From: Tubiluchus corallicola
Lineage: Eukaryota; Animalia; Priapulida
Length of the DNA stretch: 26,697 nt
Assembly (NCBI GenBank): GCA_030141605.1
Contig: JAQGDQ010001753.1
Coordinates: 1-26,697 of the forward strand
Direction of reading: 5' to 3'
The position numbers and the translations under genes were made by a program. Below, in pieces: positions 8,901 through 19,965 of the stretch. The notes under the pieces are model-generated. The model had not been told where the DNA came from and did no database searches. It saw only the letters and a program-made list of their open reading frames with translations. The first letter of the stretch is position 1. Each line of letters opens with the position of its first letter.

Positions 8901-11900
8901 TGTACAGCAATTTAACAACAATACACAACAAATTTTTCTTTATACATTTGCAAAGGCTTTTGCCTGCTTAACAACAAATTACTGAATAAGTTACTATCAT
9001 AAATCCTCCTAACACAATGTTTTTATAATTTGGCTGTTATGTTGTCAGTACACACATGCTGCATGGCTGATAAGTAATTATATCCGATGGCATCATAAGA
9101 AATGAATTTAACAGAGCTTTTAACAAGTACAAATCAAGCTTCTTGTTGAATTTGTGTAAAACAATCATTGAAATACTAACCGCATCAATTTTCACCAAAT
9201 ATATTCGATTCTGTCTGTTTTGTTTTTTCTTTTTGCCTTTTTAAAATAACTGTGCACGAGTAAGTGGGGTAGTTGAAAACCAGCACGCACCAGTGCAAAT
9301 ATCATTGACATGGTGGCATCCTCGTAGTAACATACAAATAGGAAGCATTTGTGACTCAAATGGTGTTTTGATGCCTTTCTGACAGCCAGATTAATTTAAA
9401 CTATGCTATAAGCTTCATAATTTTGTATAAGCAAGACTGTGTACATCGACTCAGAACAGATACAAATTTTCTGTAATATTTTATAGACATAGTAAACTTA
9501 ACAAGGTTAGTTTACTGGACATGAAGACCGTGTACAGCCAACTTCTGCCTCTGCTTGGGCAGATTTACCAGAGTTTCTGAGAGTACCGACGTTAAATGAT
9601 GCATCCTGATGTGCCCGCCGTCATGATTGATTTCACAGATGATTATTCGAGTTACTAATTATCATTAATATACTCTTCTGTAAGTGTTCTGTAATATACT
9701 TTTCTGTATTCTGCTTGTAGGTGTTGGTTGCGCTGAACAGAAATGAGGGTTCCAAGAGAGAGCCAAATGAGGAGGAGAGACTGATGCGTCTATTTCTAAT
9801 GATTCCCAAGACTTTTACTGATGATGATTTAAGAAAAGATTTTGAGAAATTTGGACCAATTGGTATGTGTGTAGTTTGTTTGTGTTGTAATATTTCTTAT
9901 TTTGCTACTTGGGAAAACTAAAATGTTGATATAGAGAATGTGTTTGTTCTGAGACCACAAGTTTCTGGGTTCGAATCATGGTTGACTTACACTGTTACAA
10001 AGCCTTGCTCCTAAATTTTATTATTTATTTATCTTTAGTGAAAAAAAAAAAGATTTATCATAAGTTTGTTTCTAATTGTTTATTTTGTTTATAGATTATG
10101 TAAATGTCATCAAAGACAGAAGTACTGGTCAGTCAAAGGGATTAGCATATGTGAAATTTCATAAAGCTTCCACTGCTGCCCTCGCGCTTGAAAACTGCGA
10201 CCCATGTAAGTACAAGGAGTTGCATTGGGGGCCTAGGTCTTGATTTTATGTTATTGGGTTAGTATTGGGAATAATTATAAAATCGACGAATTATTGTCAC
10301 CAGCTGTGCTATAATACAGGTTTATAATTAAAAATAACTGTAATAAAAATATAAGCATACAATAAAAATTCATCTGGCACACTTTGTAAAATGTTAAGGT
10401 AAAAAAAGATAAAAGATTGGTTTTATGACTAGTTTTAAAACAGTTCAAATCATTGGTTGATCACAAGCTAATAGAAAGTTTATACCATTCTCGTGCAGCT
10501 GCACTGGCAATAGTATGCTCCACACACCGAAAGCTTATTCTTTCTCAACCAGTGACAAACTGTCTTGGGATCTCAAAGAATACCTAGAAACATAAACATT
10601 GATTAGATCGGCCAGATAAGACTTTCCCAGGTTATACAAAGATTTAAAGGTAATCAGCAGGGAGCCAGTGCAGCTCCATTAAGATTGGAGTTACGTGATC
10701 AAAACATGTAGTTTTAGTAACAGTTCTAGCAGCAGTATCCGGAAGATGTGCCAAACGATTAAGCTCGTAAATTTCAATTCATAAAGAATTACAATAGTGC
10801 TTAAGTTAACATGCAAATTAAAAAAAATGTTAGTGGGTGTGGAAAGTATTTTCTTTAAGGCTAGTTACTTGCCCAGCCTCCCCTTTCTACAGAAAATGAA
10901 GTGTCACTGTTTATTCACATTTGTTTCAACTTGAAACCCGTTAAATGATATAAACTGAGCGCAATGTATTTGTAAAGCGTGATCTGTTACCAATTTAATG
11001 ATTTTGTAGTCAAATTGTCTGTTTGCTTTATAAGCTTGTATCTCTTTAGCAATGTTGCCGTTAATTTTACATAATCAGCCTGTCAGGTATATTTTACAGG
11101 TGATGTAAGTACAGAATTAATAAACTTAGATAAAGCAAAGCATTGGGATCTATGTTTGCAATGTGTGAGCTAACTGCTGTTATCTATCGTACAAAAACAA
11201 TAAGCATTTTGTTATGTTAATAATTTGTTGTTTATGTTACCTGGTTAGCATGATAACTAATAATAACTGTAATAATGAAAAATGACATGAACTGTATATT
11301 AAACCTAAACTTGCAGCTTACAAGCCAAAATTTGCTGAACCTAAGTATTCATCTTCGTGGAAAGAAAGGCAGTACCAAGAAGCTGCGGAACGGTCTTACT
11401 ATGATCGTGGTGAGTTCGGTTGATATCTTTTGTTAATGTGTTTATGTTTCGTAACATTCCTTTAACTAACATTGATAATTAGAAATTATAAGTAAGTAAA
11501 ATTTTCATTTTAAAAACAAGATGAATCGTTTGACTCGTTTACATCTTGGTCAAGTGCTGTAATGAAATTTCAACAGTGATATGAAAACAAGACACTAAAT
11601 TAATTAATAGACACAGTAATACATTTCATACTACAGATTAAACCAGCATGTTAATTTGCAACTTTTTGTGCTGTATAATTAACTGACAATATACATTTGC
11701 AAGAACATTAGACAAATAACAGAAGTGACACATTACGACCTACAATGCGATTAAGAGTGAATATCAAATGTTTCTCGTTTCATTAAGAACACTACTAAAC
11801 GGTTCATATAAACAGCACAACAGATGTAGACTGTAAATAAAAAACAAAATTTCGATTCTCATAACAGGAGTCTTCAGCAGATGACGATAATAAGATCTTT

Positions 11901-14900
11901 TAAAATATAAGTAGGAATGCTGTATCTTTTATCACGATGGCAAAAATTCCTAGTCTTGTATTACTAATGTACAGATTGCTAAATTTAAATTTAAAAAATT
12001 TTGAACTACATGACAACTCTTAGAGACACGGCAACTGAAAACACTGGCAGCTTGCTGTTATTAGGCAAATTGGTATAGTAGCCGTCATTTCGGACAAGTG
12101 GCTCCATCATCAGGAAGAATCTGCAAGAACTGATAATGGAGTTAGTTCTACTCTGAAATGTTGGCTAATATACTAGTGCCAATAAATAGCATGTTGTGTG
12201 TGTTCTTATTAGTTCTGATGTCTGTTCACTTTTCTTCAGCTAAGCTTGTTACCGCGAAATTTTGTACTAACTTTTTGCGAACCTAATTTTGTCTGTAACT
12301 GTGTGTACAGATTTGTTATAAAAGTGAGTAATTCACTTATGCTTATATAACAATCAAGCTGAAAGTTTGTAACCTGAGTGTAATAATAAGAATCTGTGGC
12401 ATAATCATTTCATGGACCACTATGTGATAACTAAAAGAAATGTGTGTTAAAAAAATTGTACTTATTACTACAATGATTAGCTATTATTAACTAATTGCTG
12501 CGGGTCATTGTTAGAGGATTTTCATATATTTGTTATTTAGAAATTAAATAATTCAAAGTCTCAGGAGTGTTGTTTCAAAGTAACTGTAAAACAACTGTGA
12601 ATTATTAACAGTTGTAGAACCGTTTATTTTTTTACACTTCCCACTTCCTGCTTGCCATCAGTGCCATCTAATGGGTATTTTGTAACAAGTTTGCATTGCA
12701 TACGAGGTTTTAAAAATTTTCTCAGTCAATGTTATTTCCTACTATCATATGATTAGTACTGTAAGACAAGTTTGTCTTACAGATTCACACAGATCAGGTT
12801 CTAGGGATTCTCTGCAGGACGGACGTCGAGGAGGTAAACTTAGATTAGATACCAAACTTTGGCATATAGTGAAATTACTCACTGTCACAAAAATATCACT
12901 ATTTGGTTTTCATAGTATTAGTTCTGCACATATAAGTCATTAAGTTTCAATAAAATGTGTAAACAATAAAACCAAAAGTTGTAGGCATTTGCATAGTTTA
13001 GGCTATTAGGCTGTTTAACCTTGTTAGGCTGTTTCTCTGTCTTTCTTGCCTTTCGTTTTTTTCATCCGTCCCTCTCTTTCTCTTTTTCCATTTCTTGAGG
13101 TGGCCTTTAGTTTGTGTCTGTATTGCCATTTTTAGGTCTCTTCTGCCACACAGCTTTACTATTAGTAATTTACAGACTTAAATTATTACAGAAAACTCAA
13201 TATGTACGTGTTCCTGTTGTTGGCTAAATAAATAAATCTTGAATCTTGAATCTAGTTAACAGTAAAATGTATTTAAGTTAAACTTGCTTTTAAATTTTTT
13301 ACTAAAATGGAAACACATACAGTGCTGCATTTCGCATAAAAATTTATGCTTTGACAAATTTGTAATCATTTGAACCGAATCACAAGAAGTTCAAGTTGAG
13401 TGTATTTGACTGTACATGTTATGATGTATCTAATTCAAATTCAAGCATATCATTTGTAGTGTTTGCTATGAAAAAATATGAACTTAAAAGCCTGAGGTTT
13501 GTTATGCAGATGAGAAGGCACTTTCACAATTCACACTTCTAGCAGACACATATAAACAATCATAAAAACTTGTATTTAGAAGAAAATGTTGGTGTTTTTT
13601 AGCATTTGACTACAATTAGCATTAAAATTTTCCGTGTCTTCTAACAATCTTTTGTTTTTAGTTGGCGAAGGCGACCGTGGACTGAAACGCTCTCTCCCAG
13701 ATTGGAATATGTACGGCAGCGGTCGAGGTTTAGTCCAGCTAAACGTTTTTACTCCTACAGTTGTTACGCCAGAACAACTGTATCGGTTATTTGACATTGT
13801 TCCTGGTCTTGAGTACTGCGATCAGAAAGGCAATGGTAAGACATTTTTTTCTGTTATCTGCATTCACTGTGCACTTCTTTGGACGAACTTCCATTGGACC
13901 TGTTGACTGCATGTATTGCAGAAAATCAATTTATGTGTATTTTCCTACTTTGCCGGCAAGATACGAATCATGTTATGTTATGTTGTGCCCTCTATTGCAT
14001 AACACACAACTTTAAATGGTAGAATACGTGCATTAATTAAACTATTTTAAGCTTGTTAAAAACCAAAAAAAAGAGTCTAGTTTAGGGTTCGAACATTAAT
14101 CGGAGAATAAACATTAACTGGAAAAGCTCGTGTTCTCCAGCAGTAGATCTTTACATGACCTTTTTGGTCTTTTTATTTATCTTTGCTCTGGTCTCCACTT
14201 CTCCCAGTACACCTTCTTCTACCTGTATTACATAACCAAACCATCTCTGCATCAACTTATCATCAATTTCCCCCACACCACGTCTCCTTGCCATCTCATT
14301 GCTTCCATCACACATGCACCATATAGCGCAATATCCTGGAGACAGTACTACTTAATGATATCCTTCTCCAATTGCTTCACCAATATCCACTCTCTATTCC
14401 TTAAAGCAGTTCACTGCCTACACACCACACATGCTTTGTAAATCAGAGTTCTCCTCCTCAATGATATTCTGTTGTTACGCAAGAGGCCAGAGGTCTCTCT
14501 CCATTTTGCTTTCCCACTGCCATTCTTGTGCTGATGCTTAGGCATAAGCATAATAGACAATAGTCTAATTGTTGTTCATGGCTTAGTATTTTGTTTTACA
14601 TCTCTTATTGTGCACACATACGTTAGACAAATCAGCATTGGGGCATGATGTCCAATGTTTTTCTGCACTGCAAGAGTAATTGTTCTTTTGTTGTTAGGGT
14701 TTGCGATTGTGAAGTATGCGACACCAGAAGCTGCTACATATGCTAGACAGAAGCTGCATGGGTTTGAATATCCACCAGACAATAAACTCATTGTCAAATA
14801 TGCTGACGAATTCTCACCTGATCAATGGTACAATTACTGATAATGATAAATGCTTTCATTGCTAAAGCTAGGACTCCATGTGCACTTAATGTGTAATCCG

Positions 14901-17900
14901 TATTTTGCTGCATGTTATGTGTATTGAGTGTTTCCATGTATCCGTGAAAGCTACACATATTAACAAAGCTCAGGGTGCACTTTCCACCATTTTTGGCTGT
15001 TGCTCGAAAAAATTTGAAGTACCATAATAATTTTTGAAAGCTATGCCTCTATCAAAATTTCAGCGTGGTCGTTAGCATTGACATTAGCTTATTATTGTAC
15101 TGTTAGATTACTGTTAGATGCTAAATAAAGCACAAGTTTTGAGTGCAGTATATTTTGCAAGGGAGAGAGAAGTATCATGGCACATTTCATCATTTAGTGA
15201 AAGAACTGCAGTTAGATGCACTACACATAGCTATATGCTTTCTGTACATTTTTCATCTGCGTGGTGCATATTTGGATGATAGCGATCACGTTCTAGTGAA
15301 TGCGGATCACGCATTACGGATTGCGCATTACGTACACAAGGATTTCTACATGTTTGATTACAAAGTGTTGTTCACGCATTACGGATCACTCATTGTGTAT
15401 CATGCATTACACACACATGGAGTCTTATCCTTACACAATAAATGTTTAACTGTCAGTCTTTCATAGAATATTCCTTATTAACATGCACATGCATTCTGTG
15501 CATACAAAAGAAGCAAAATATTTTATTTTCATGTGTAATTTTTATTTTGTATTGCTGAAGAAGCATTATGCAAGCATACTTTTTAATTTTGAATATGTGT
15601 TTTACACTTTACATGTGACATATTGCATGATGATTTATTGGTGTTGCATATTTCAGGCAATCTCAGACCAGCAATTCAGCCATACAGAATCAATTGGAGA
15701 CGCTCACTGCAGCCTTGTCACAAACAACAGCCCTATTGAAGCAAGCAGGTATTTTCAGTTGAATGCAGTTTAAATTTTTTTAACCTTGGAATTATTTGTA
15801 CATAGAGCATTGTACATATTTGCTAAATGTTTTTAGCACTTTATAATGAAAGAACAAAGACATATTCTACCTCAAGTTGAGAATGCCAACATTTGAATCA
15901 GTTTTAAATCAGTTACAGTTTTTAATCAAAAATATTTTTTTAAACGAGTTAATTTTTGTTAGCTTACAAATAAAGTACATACAGTTAGCACTAAGAAGAA
16001 ACATTGTTTATTGGTAAACTATATTGCAGGTCAGCCTGCTAGGTCTGCAAAACTACCAGGAGAAAATTTGCAAAAAATATTCGTCAAAAGTACTTACGGA
16101 AGAGTGATTTTTTGTTACGTTAATTGTATGCCGTACATTAATTGAAGTGGGTAACTATAGAATTATCTATTGTGTGTGTCTGCCACCATTTTTTCTTGGC
16201 TGTGTAATATTATAGGAAGTTGATACTTGGCATATTCGTAGGGTTTCGGTCAAAGGTGAGTCTATTAATTTTAGGACCGACCATTGCAGATTTGATTTTT
16301 TACAGTGCGTTAAAGATATGCATATAATAGCTATATTGTTTGGAATTTGCCTATGCTAAATGCTGATATGTAGGCGGTCGACAAACAACCCAGTGACAAC
16401 CGAACAAATCACGACTCACTAGCAATGTATCAGATTCAGATAACAAAAACACATCAGTAACTGTTTTAATTTTAACCTGCACAATATCATGGTCATGTGA
16501 ATGCATCAAACTTTTAATACACTATTATCACATATTTTTTATGATATTTTTCACAGATGGTTAGTCTAATTGCATTTGTAATTAGTAAAATAGAAAAGTA
16601 TAATCCATGTCAATGTGGATCTCCAGGTACATCAGTCTCCTTGGCAACTATGTCCCTCTACTGCAGTCTCTCTAGGTTTTTGTAATTGTGTGTGCTGTAT
16701 ATTTTAAGGTTTGCATTACTTTTATAGGTTTACCAATTCCCGAAGGTTTAGTACCTCAGTCAGGACAGGCTTACCCTTCTGCTGTAAATCGCACCAATGA
16801 ACGTTTCGTTTCAAGTTATTGTACGGCTGAATTACCTCCGCCTCAACCCATGTTAGAAAATGAGCTGCAGGAGGCTATTCGTTTGTTCCTTATTTTTAGC
16901 CCTGAGCCACCGCCGCTATCTGCACTAAAAGGTTTTTGTTAGAGTTTTTCGCATACATCATTATTGTATCATTATTATCATTAACACTAAACAGCAAAAG
17001 TCAACTGTGCATTTTGTGTGCTGAAATTGCACAGTACATCTTCTTAAATCAAGAGGAATCATTGTTAGCCATAACGGTTTAATTTTTATGGGCTGCAACT
17101 GCTGGCAGATGTAAATTTGTTTTTCGCATACTGTGTTCTTAAATTTTCAAACAATGCTTTTACCTGGAAATGATGCATCAAATCTGTTGTAAGTTTTAGT
17201 TAGTGGTGGCTAGTGTTGTAGAACTTGAGAATCTCCATTAATACCTGGATTACTTTTGATTTGAAACTTAATTTGAAGTTGAACATGGCCACATGAATGT
17301 GACTTCAGACTCGACACAGACGTAAAGATAATGACTCGAGACTCGGCTCGGACTTGAAGTAAATGACTCATACCTGGGCATAATGACTCGAGACTTGACT
17401 CAGACTTGAGCATAATGACTCGAGACTTGACTTGGACGTAGACCACAGTGACTTGAGACTTTTCTCGGACTTGGACCCCAAAGACTTGGGACTTAACTTG
17501 GACTTGAGCTGAAAGACTTGGCTACAACATTGGCAGTGATATATATGAAACAGTTTGCATGTTTTTTGTTAGTTCTTATTAAATATAACTAACTAAGCTA
17601 AATATAGCTAGTTAATGAAGCTTATCATACGGCTTCATTTTTATTTCGTAAATTTTTAGATGTCTTCTGTCGGTTTGGTAATCTGATAGAAGTTTACCTG
17701 ATCAGCAATCGTAATGTTGGATATGCAAAATATGCAACACGGGAGTCTGGGCTGAGTGCCATGGCCACGTTACATGGACATGAGATTATGCATGTTAAGT
17801 AAGTTTAAATGTTCTGTCATTTATAAATCTTAATCTTTGCACAACTAAAATTGCCTTTACAGCTATTGAAAACATCAAAATTCCAGTGAAGGCTGGCTTT

Positions 17901-18578
17901 CTTGAATAATTGTAAATCTGTACATTTCAGCATCATTGTTCCCGTCTTCTTGCAGTCAGTGTTGAGATGGTTTTTTATTAATCTAACTGTTACAGTTACA
18001 TTTTTGAGTTAACAGTTACAGTTACAGTACAACTATTTTTCGGAATGCGTTATTTATAACATGTTACTCCCATCACTGCTTAATAGTTACAAAGTTACAA
18101 GTGCAAGTTGAGACTACAGATGGTTAACATATTGGTGATCATTGTTCATTGCATGTCTTATGAGTATGTGCTTAGACAGTGTGTTCGCTGCACCGTAGCA
18201 CCCCCCCCCCCCCATCCTGAACAGCACCGTGAGCAGACTTATTGGGTTGCTGTACTCTTCAATGTTTACAACATGGTGCCAAATCATTTTGCTGTAGTGA
18301 AAACAAGAAAAAAGCAAACATGCTTTTTTGTTTTTTGCTTCGCAAACAATCTATTTTATCTGTTCAATTTTAATAAAAATTACGTTTGCTACTTGACCTG
18401 TAAGTAAAGTTTTTTAACAATGACAAAAGTACATTAACAAATATTTCTAATCGACATGTAAAGAATAGCCTAAGTAACATATAATGATGAATAATTTTAT
18501 GTTCCCAGGATGAAAGTAGTGGAAGCTGATCCACCGGAGCATGCCAGAAAGAAGCAAAAAGTGGATTCATCATTTTAG
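5887..18578 (+). CDS. RBM45: RNA-binding protein 45 (multi-exon gene): join(5887..5897,6805..6980,7988..8085,9721..9862,10095..10205,11317..11409,12783..12833,13662..13835,14698..14827,15657..15748,16728..16931,17660..17798,18509..18578), 496 aa
   Basis: All 12 introns are GT-AG with matching phases; the joined length of 1491 nt is 497 codons ending at TAG 18576-18578. Diagnostic RBM45 motifs: PPNSRLFIV (RRM1), [26 protein letters not shown] (RRM2), [11 protein letters not shown]...[13 protein letters not shown] (HOA/pseudo-RRM), [14 protein letters not shown]...GYAKYA (last RRM), C-terminal RKKQK. Confidence 0.95.
5943..6005 (+). repeat. (TG)22 microsatellite plus degenerate extension, RBM45 intron 1
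   Basis: Perfect TG run 5943-5986, then CATGTGCGTGCGTGTGTGT. Confidence 0.98.
6805..6980 (+). CDS. RBM45: RBM45 exon 2 (alternative ATG at 6809; first half of RRM1)
   Basis: Acceptor CCTTAG|, donor AAG|GTATCT; [25 protein letters not shown]...[13 protein letters not shown]. Confidence 0.95.
7988..8085 (+). CDS. RBM45: RBM45 exon 3 (RRM1 RNP1)
   Basis: CTCTCAG| ... AAG|GTAAGC; [33 protein letters not shown]; phase 1 to 0. Confidence 0.95.
9721..9862 (+). CDS. RBM45: RBM45 exon 4 (start of RRM2)
   Basis: CTTGTAG| ... TTG|GTATGT; [47 protein letters not shown]. Confidence 0.95.
9950..9990 (+). mobile_element. Possible tRNA-derived SINE head remnant
   Basis: B-box-like GGTTCGAATC in the context GTTTCTGGGTTCGAATCATGG; no cloverleaf and no clear A box. 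Confidence 0.3.
10095..10205 (+). CDS. RBM45: RBM45 exon 5 (RRM2 RNP1)
   Basis: TTTATAG| ... CAT|GTAAGT; [37 protein letters not shown]. Confidence 0.95.
11317..11409 (+). CDS. RBM45: RBM45 exon 6
   Basis: TTGCAG| ... GTG|GTGAGT; [31 protein letters not shown] (AEPK closes RRM2). Confidence 0.92.
12783..12833 (+). CDS. RBM45: RBM45 exon 7 (51-nt symmetric linker exon)
   Basis: TCTTACAG| ... GAG|GTAAAC; [17 protein letters not shown]; GC-richer island, phase 1-1, frame preserving. Confidence 0.75.
12995..13253 (+). mobile_element. LINE/SINE 3' end remnant with (ATCTTGA)n tail
   Basis: Pyrimidine-rich UTR-like tract ending TTGGCTAAATAAATAAATCTTGAATCTTGAATCT, a short tandem tail typical of CR1/L2-group elements; 5' boundary approximate. 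Confidence 0.55.
13662..13835 (+). CDS. RBM45: RBM45 exon 8 (HOA/pseudo-RRM)
   Basis: TTTTTAG| ... ATG|GTAAGA; [15 protein letters not shown]...[21 protein letters not shown]. Confidence 0.95.
14155..14540 (-). mobile_element. Decayed RTE-clade LINE ORF2 fragment in RBM45 intron 8
   Basis: The reverse strand gives broken frames ...[18 protein letters not shown]...RILRYMV...QRWFGYV...RPKK, matching RTE C-terminal motifs (IYKA-V, RWFGHV, RPKK). Confidence 0.7.
14698..14827 (+). CDS. RBM45: RBM45 exon 9 (HOA/pseudo-RRM)
   Basis: TTGTTAG| ... ATG|GTACAA (weak donor whose phase 2 fits the next exon); [43 protein letters not shown]. Confidence 0.9.
15281..15410. repeat. Dispersed short repeats (GATCACGCATTACG-like), probable TE remnant
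   Basis: GCATTAC occurs four times, with GGATCAC/CGATCAC three times; CpG-rich against an AT-rich intron. Confidence 0.5.
15657..15748 (+). CDS. RBM45: RBM45 exon 10 (helical linker)
   Basis: TTTCAG| ... CAG|GTATTT; [31 protein letters not shown]; phase 2 to 1 (a different frame from the ORF-track entry). Confidence 0.88.
16728..16931 (+). CDS. RBM45: RBM45 exon 11
   Basis: TTTATAG| ... AAG|GTTTTT; [10 protein letters not shown]...[12 protein letters not shown]...[18 protein letters not shown]. Confidence 0.92.
17211..17532. mobile_element. Non-autonomous hAT-like DNA element (MITE) with internal GACTY repeats, RBM45 intron 11
   Basis: TIRs TAGTGTTGTAG ... CTACAACATTG; 8-bp flanks GTGGTGGC / GCAGTGAT differ only by four transitions (aged TSD); internal GACTCGAGACTTGACTYGGACTTGA repeats. 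Confidence 0.75.
17660..17798 (+). CDS. RBM45: RBM45 exon 12 (C-terminal RRM)
   Basis: TTTTTAG| ... TAA|GTAAGT; [46 protein letters not shown]. Confidence 0.95.
17957..18078. mobile_element. Small MITE remnant with GTTACA repeats, RBM45 intron 12
   Basis: TIR-like ends CAGTGTTGAGA ... TCCCATCACTG; internal (GTTACA)n; TSD poorly preserved. Confidence 0.55.
18509..18578 (+). CDS. RBM45: RBM45 exon 13 (last coding exon, NLS-like tail)
   Basis: TTCCCAG|; [23 protein letters not shown] with stop TAG at 18576-18578. Confidence 0.93.
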
Positions 18579-19030
18579 TTGCTGTAGGTTCCATTTTAAC
18601 TATTATTGTAAACTGTAAAAGTAAGTAATCTTGAGTTACTGGATTCATTAAATGCTGTGATGTCCATATTCTGAATGTTCATTTCCCCATGTCTACATTA
18701 ATTGGTGAAGAAGAAACAGCGAGGTGTAAAGTGAGTCGTTTCTTAACGAAAATAAAAATAACAATTTGTTTAGCAGTATTTCATGCTTTGTTAAAAAGAG
18801 TCTGTCAAATGGAGCATTTTCAGAATACACACATATTACAGGCATTGTGGTATTGTTTCTTTCAAGTTTTCATGGCAGTTTAACTGGCAAAAGCTGCCTG
18901 GCAAAAAAACTGTTTTCTATTTTGAAGAAAAATTCACTTCTCATCATATAAAAGTTCCATAAAATCAACAAAAACGTTTCATACAAACAATGTGTCGTTA
19001 TAAACAGATATCATTTTTTATTTTTGACAG

Positions 19031-19965
19031 ACAGATGACATCATCACAGACTAAGCCGCAAGAAAGACGTAACTGATGACACCGTCTAGCAAGGATTTTG
19101 TACATTTTGACATTTACGAAGCTACATAATATACAGTTCGACTGCTGGGATACGACCGAAACAAAAGACAGTTAGCCATAACTGTGAAATTATACATGAT
19201 GGTACCAACGAAATCCAACATACGATTAAACAATGACCAATGTGTTTTCAGATGACCTGATTGACCTGACCTTGAACTTTAATTTGTTTAGAAGTTTGAC
19301 TTGTTGACTGTTGTCTGACCACAAGTGGTCACTGCTACTGATTCAAGTAATAGTTGGTGTTGTAATTAAATACAAAAGCACCTAAAATTAATTATTCCTT
19401 AAGCAAATGATGACTGGCATTTTAGTATGTTAGTTTTCATCAGCATTTGGTGTTATAGTATGGTGGACATTTCTACTGTTTACTCAAACAAAAATTGTAG
19501 TTATGTTTCAAATTCTTCTATTTCTCTTTTAGTTGTATAAATTTACAAAACTGATACGTTAGTAAAGCTCCTCAAATTAGTACATTAGTATAACTCCTCA
19601 AATGATTCACCAGTGCACACATTTATAGGTTTTGCTGAAACTTCTGTGAGTGGCCTGGTCCATAAATTGTAATTCATTATTCATTGTGATCGTTCTTATT
19701 CACTTGCTTGTATTTAGTATAAGATGGTGTAATTGTTGTTTAAATGTAGTGATTATCAGTACCACATAGTAAAAGTAACTATCTTTTAGCTTGTTAACAT
19801 CCTTCTATTTCTTCTAACTTGTATTTAGTCAGTTTTGACAAGTAAGAGAAGCATTATGTTAGTCTCTTTTGAATTAGAATTTGGACTATTGCTGTATTTT
19901 ACATAACAGCATTGATTGTTTAACTTGTGTGTCAAAATTCAATAAACGTTATCCCACTTAACTTA
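19031..19965 (+). other. RBM45: Probable non-coding terminal (3'UTR) exon of RBM45
   Basis: Donor-like GCT|GTAGGT at 18584, 5 nt after the stop; strong acceptor TTTTTATTTTTGACAG| at 19030 (tandem AG at 19034); AATAAA at 19941-19946. The end coordinate is approximate, and an unspliced UTR is also possible. Confidence 0.5.
19941..19946 (+). terminator. Candidate polyadenylation signal (proximal)
   Basis: AATAAA downstream of the RBM45 stop, followed by T-rich sequence. Confidence 0.4.

Noticed and set aside
9960-9985. tRNA gene
   Set aside because: Only a T-loop/B-box-like motif; no cloverleaf.
15483-15773. 96-aa ORF overlapping exon 10
   Set aside because: The exon is read in another frame, fixed by the phases of the flanking exons.
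18201-18213. C13 homopolymer
   Set aside because: Isolated; probably a repeat remnant, with no supportable function.
19071-19175. CTGATGA ... GAAAC as a hammerhead ribozyme
   Set aside because: No helix II, GAC instead of NUH, and helix I does not form.
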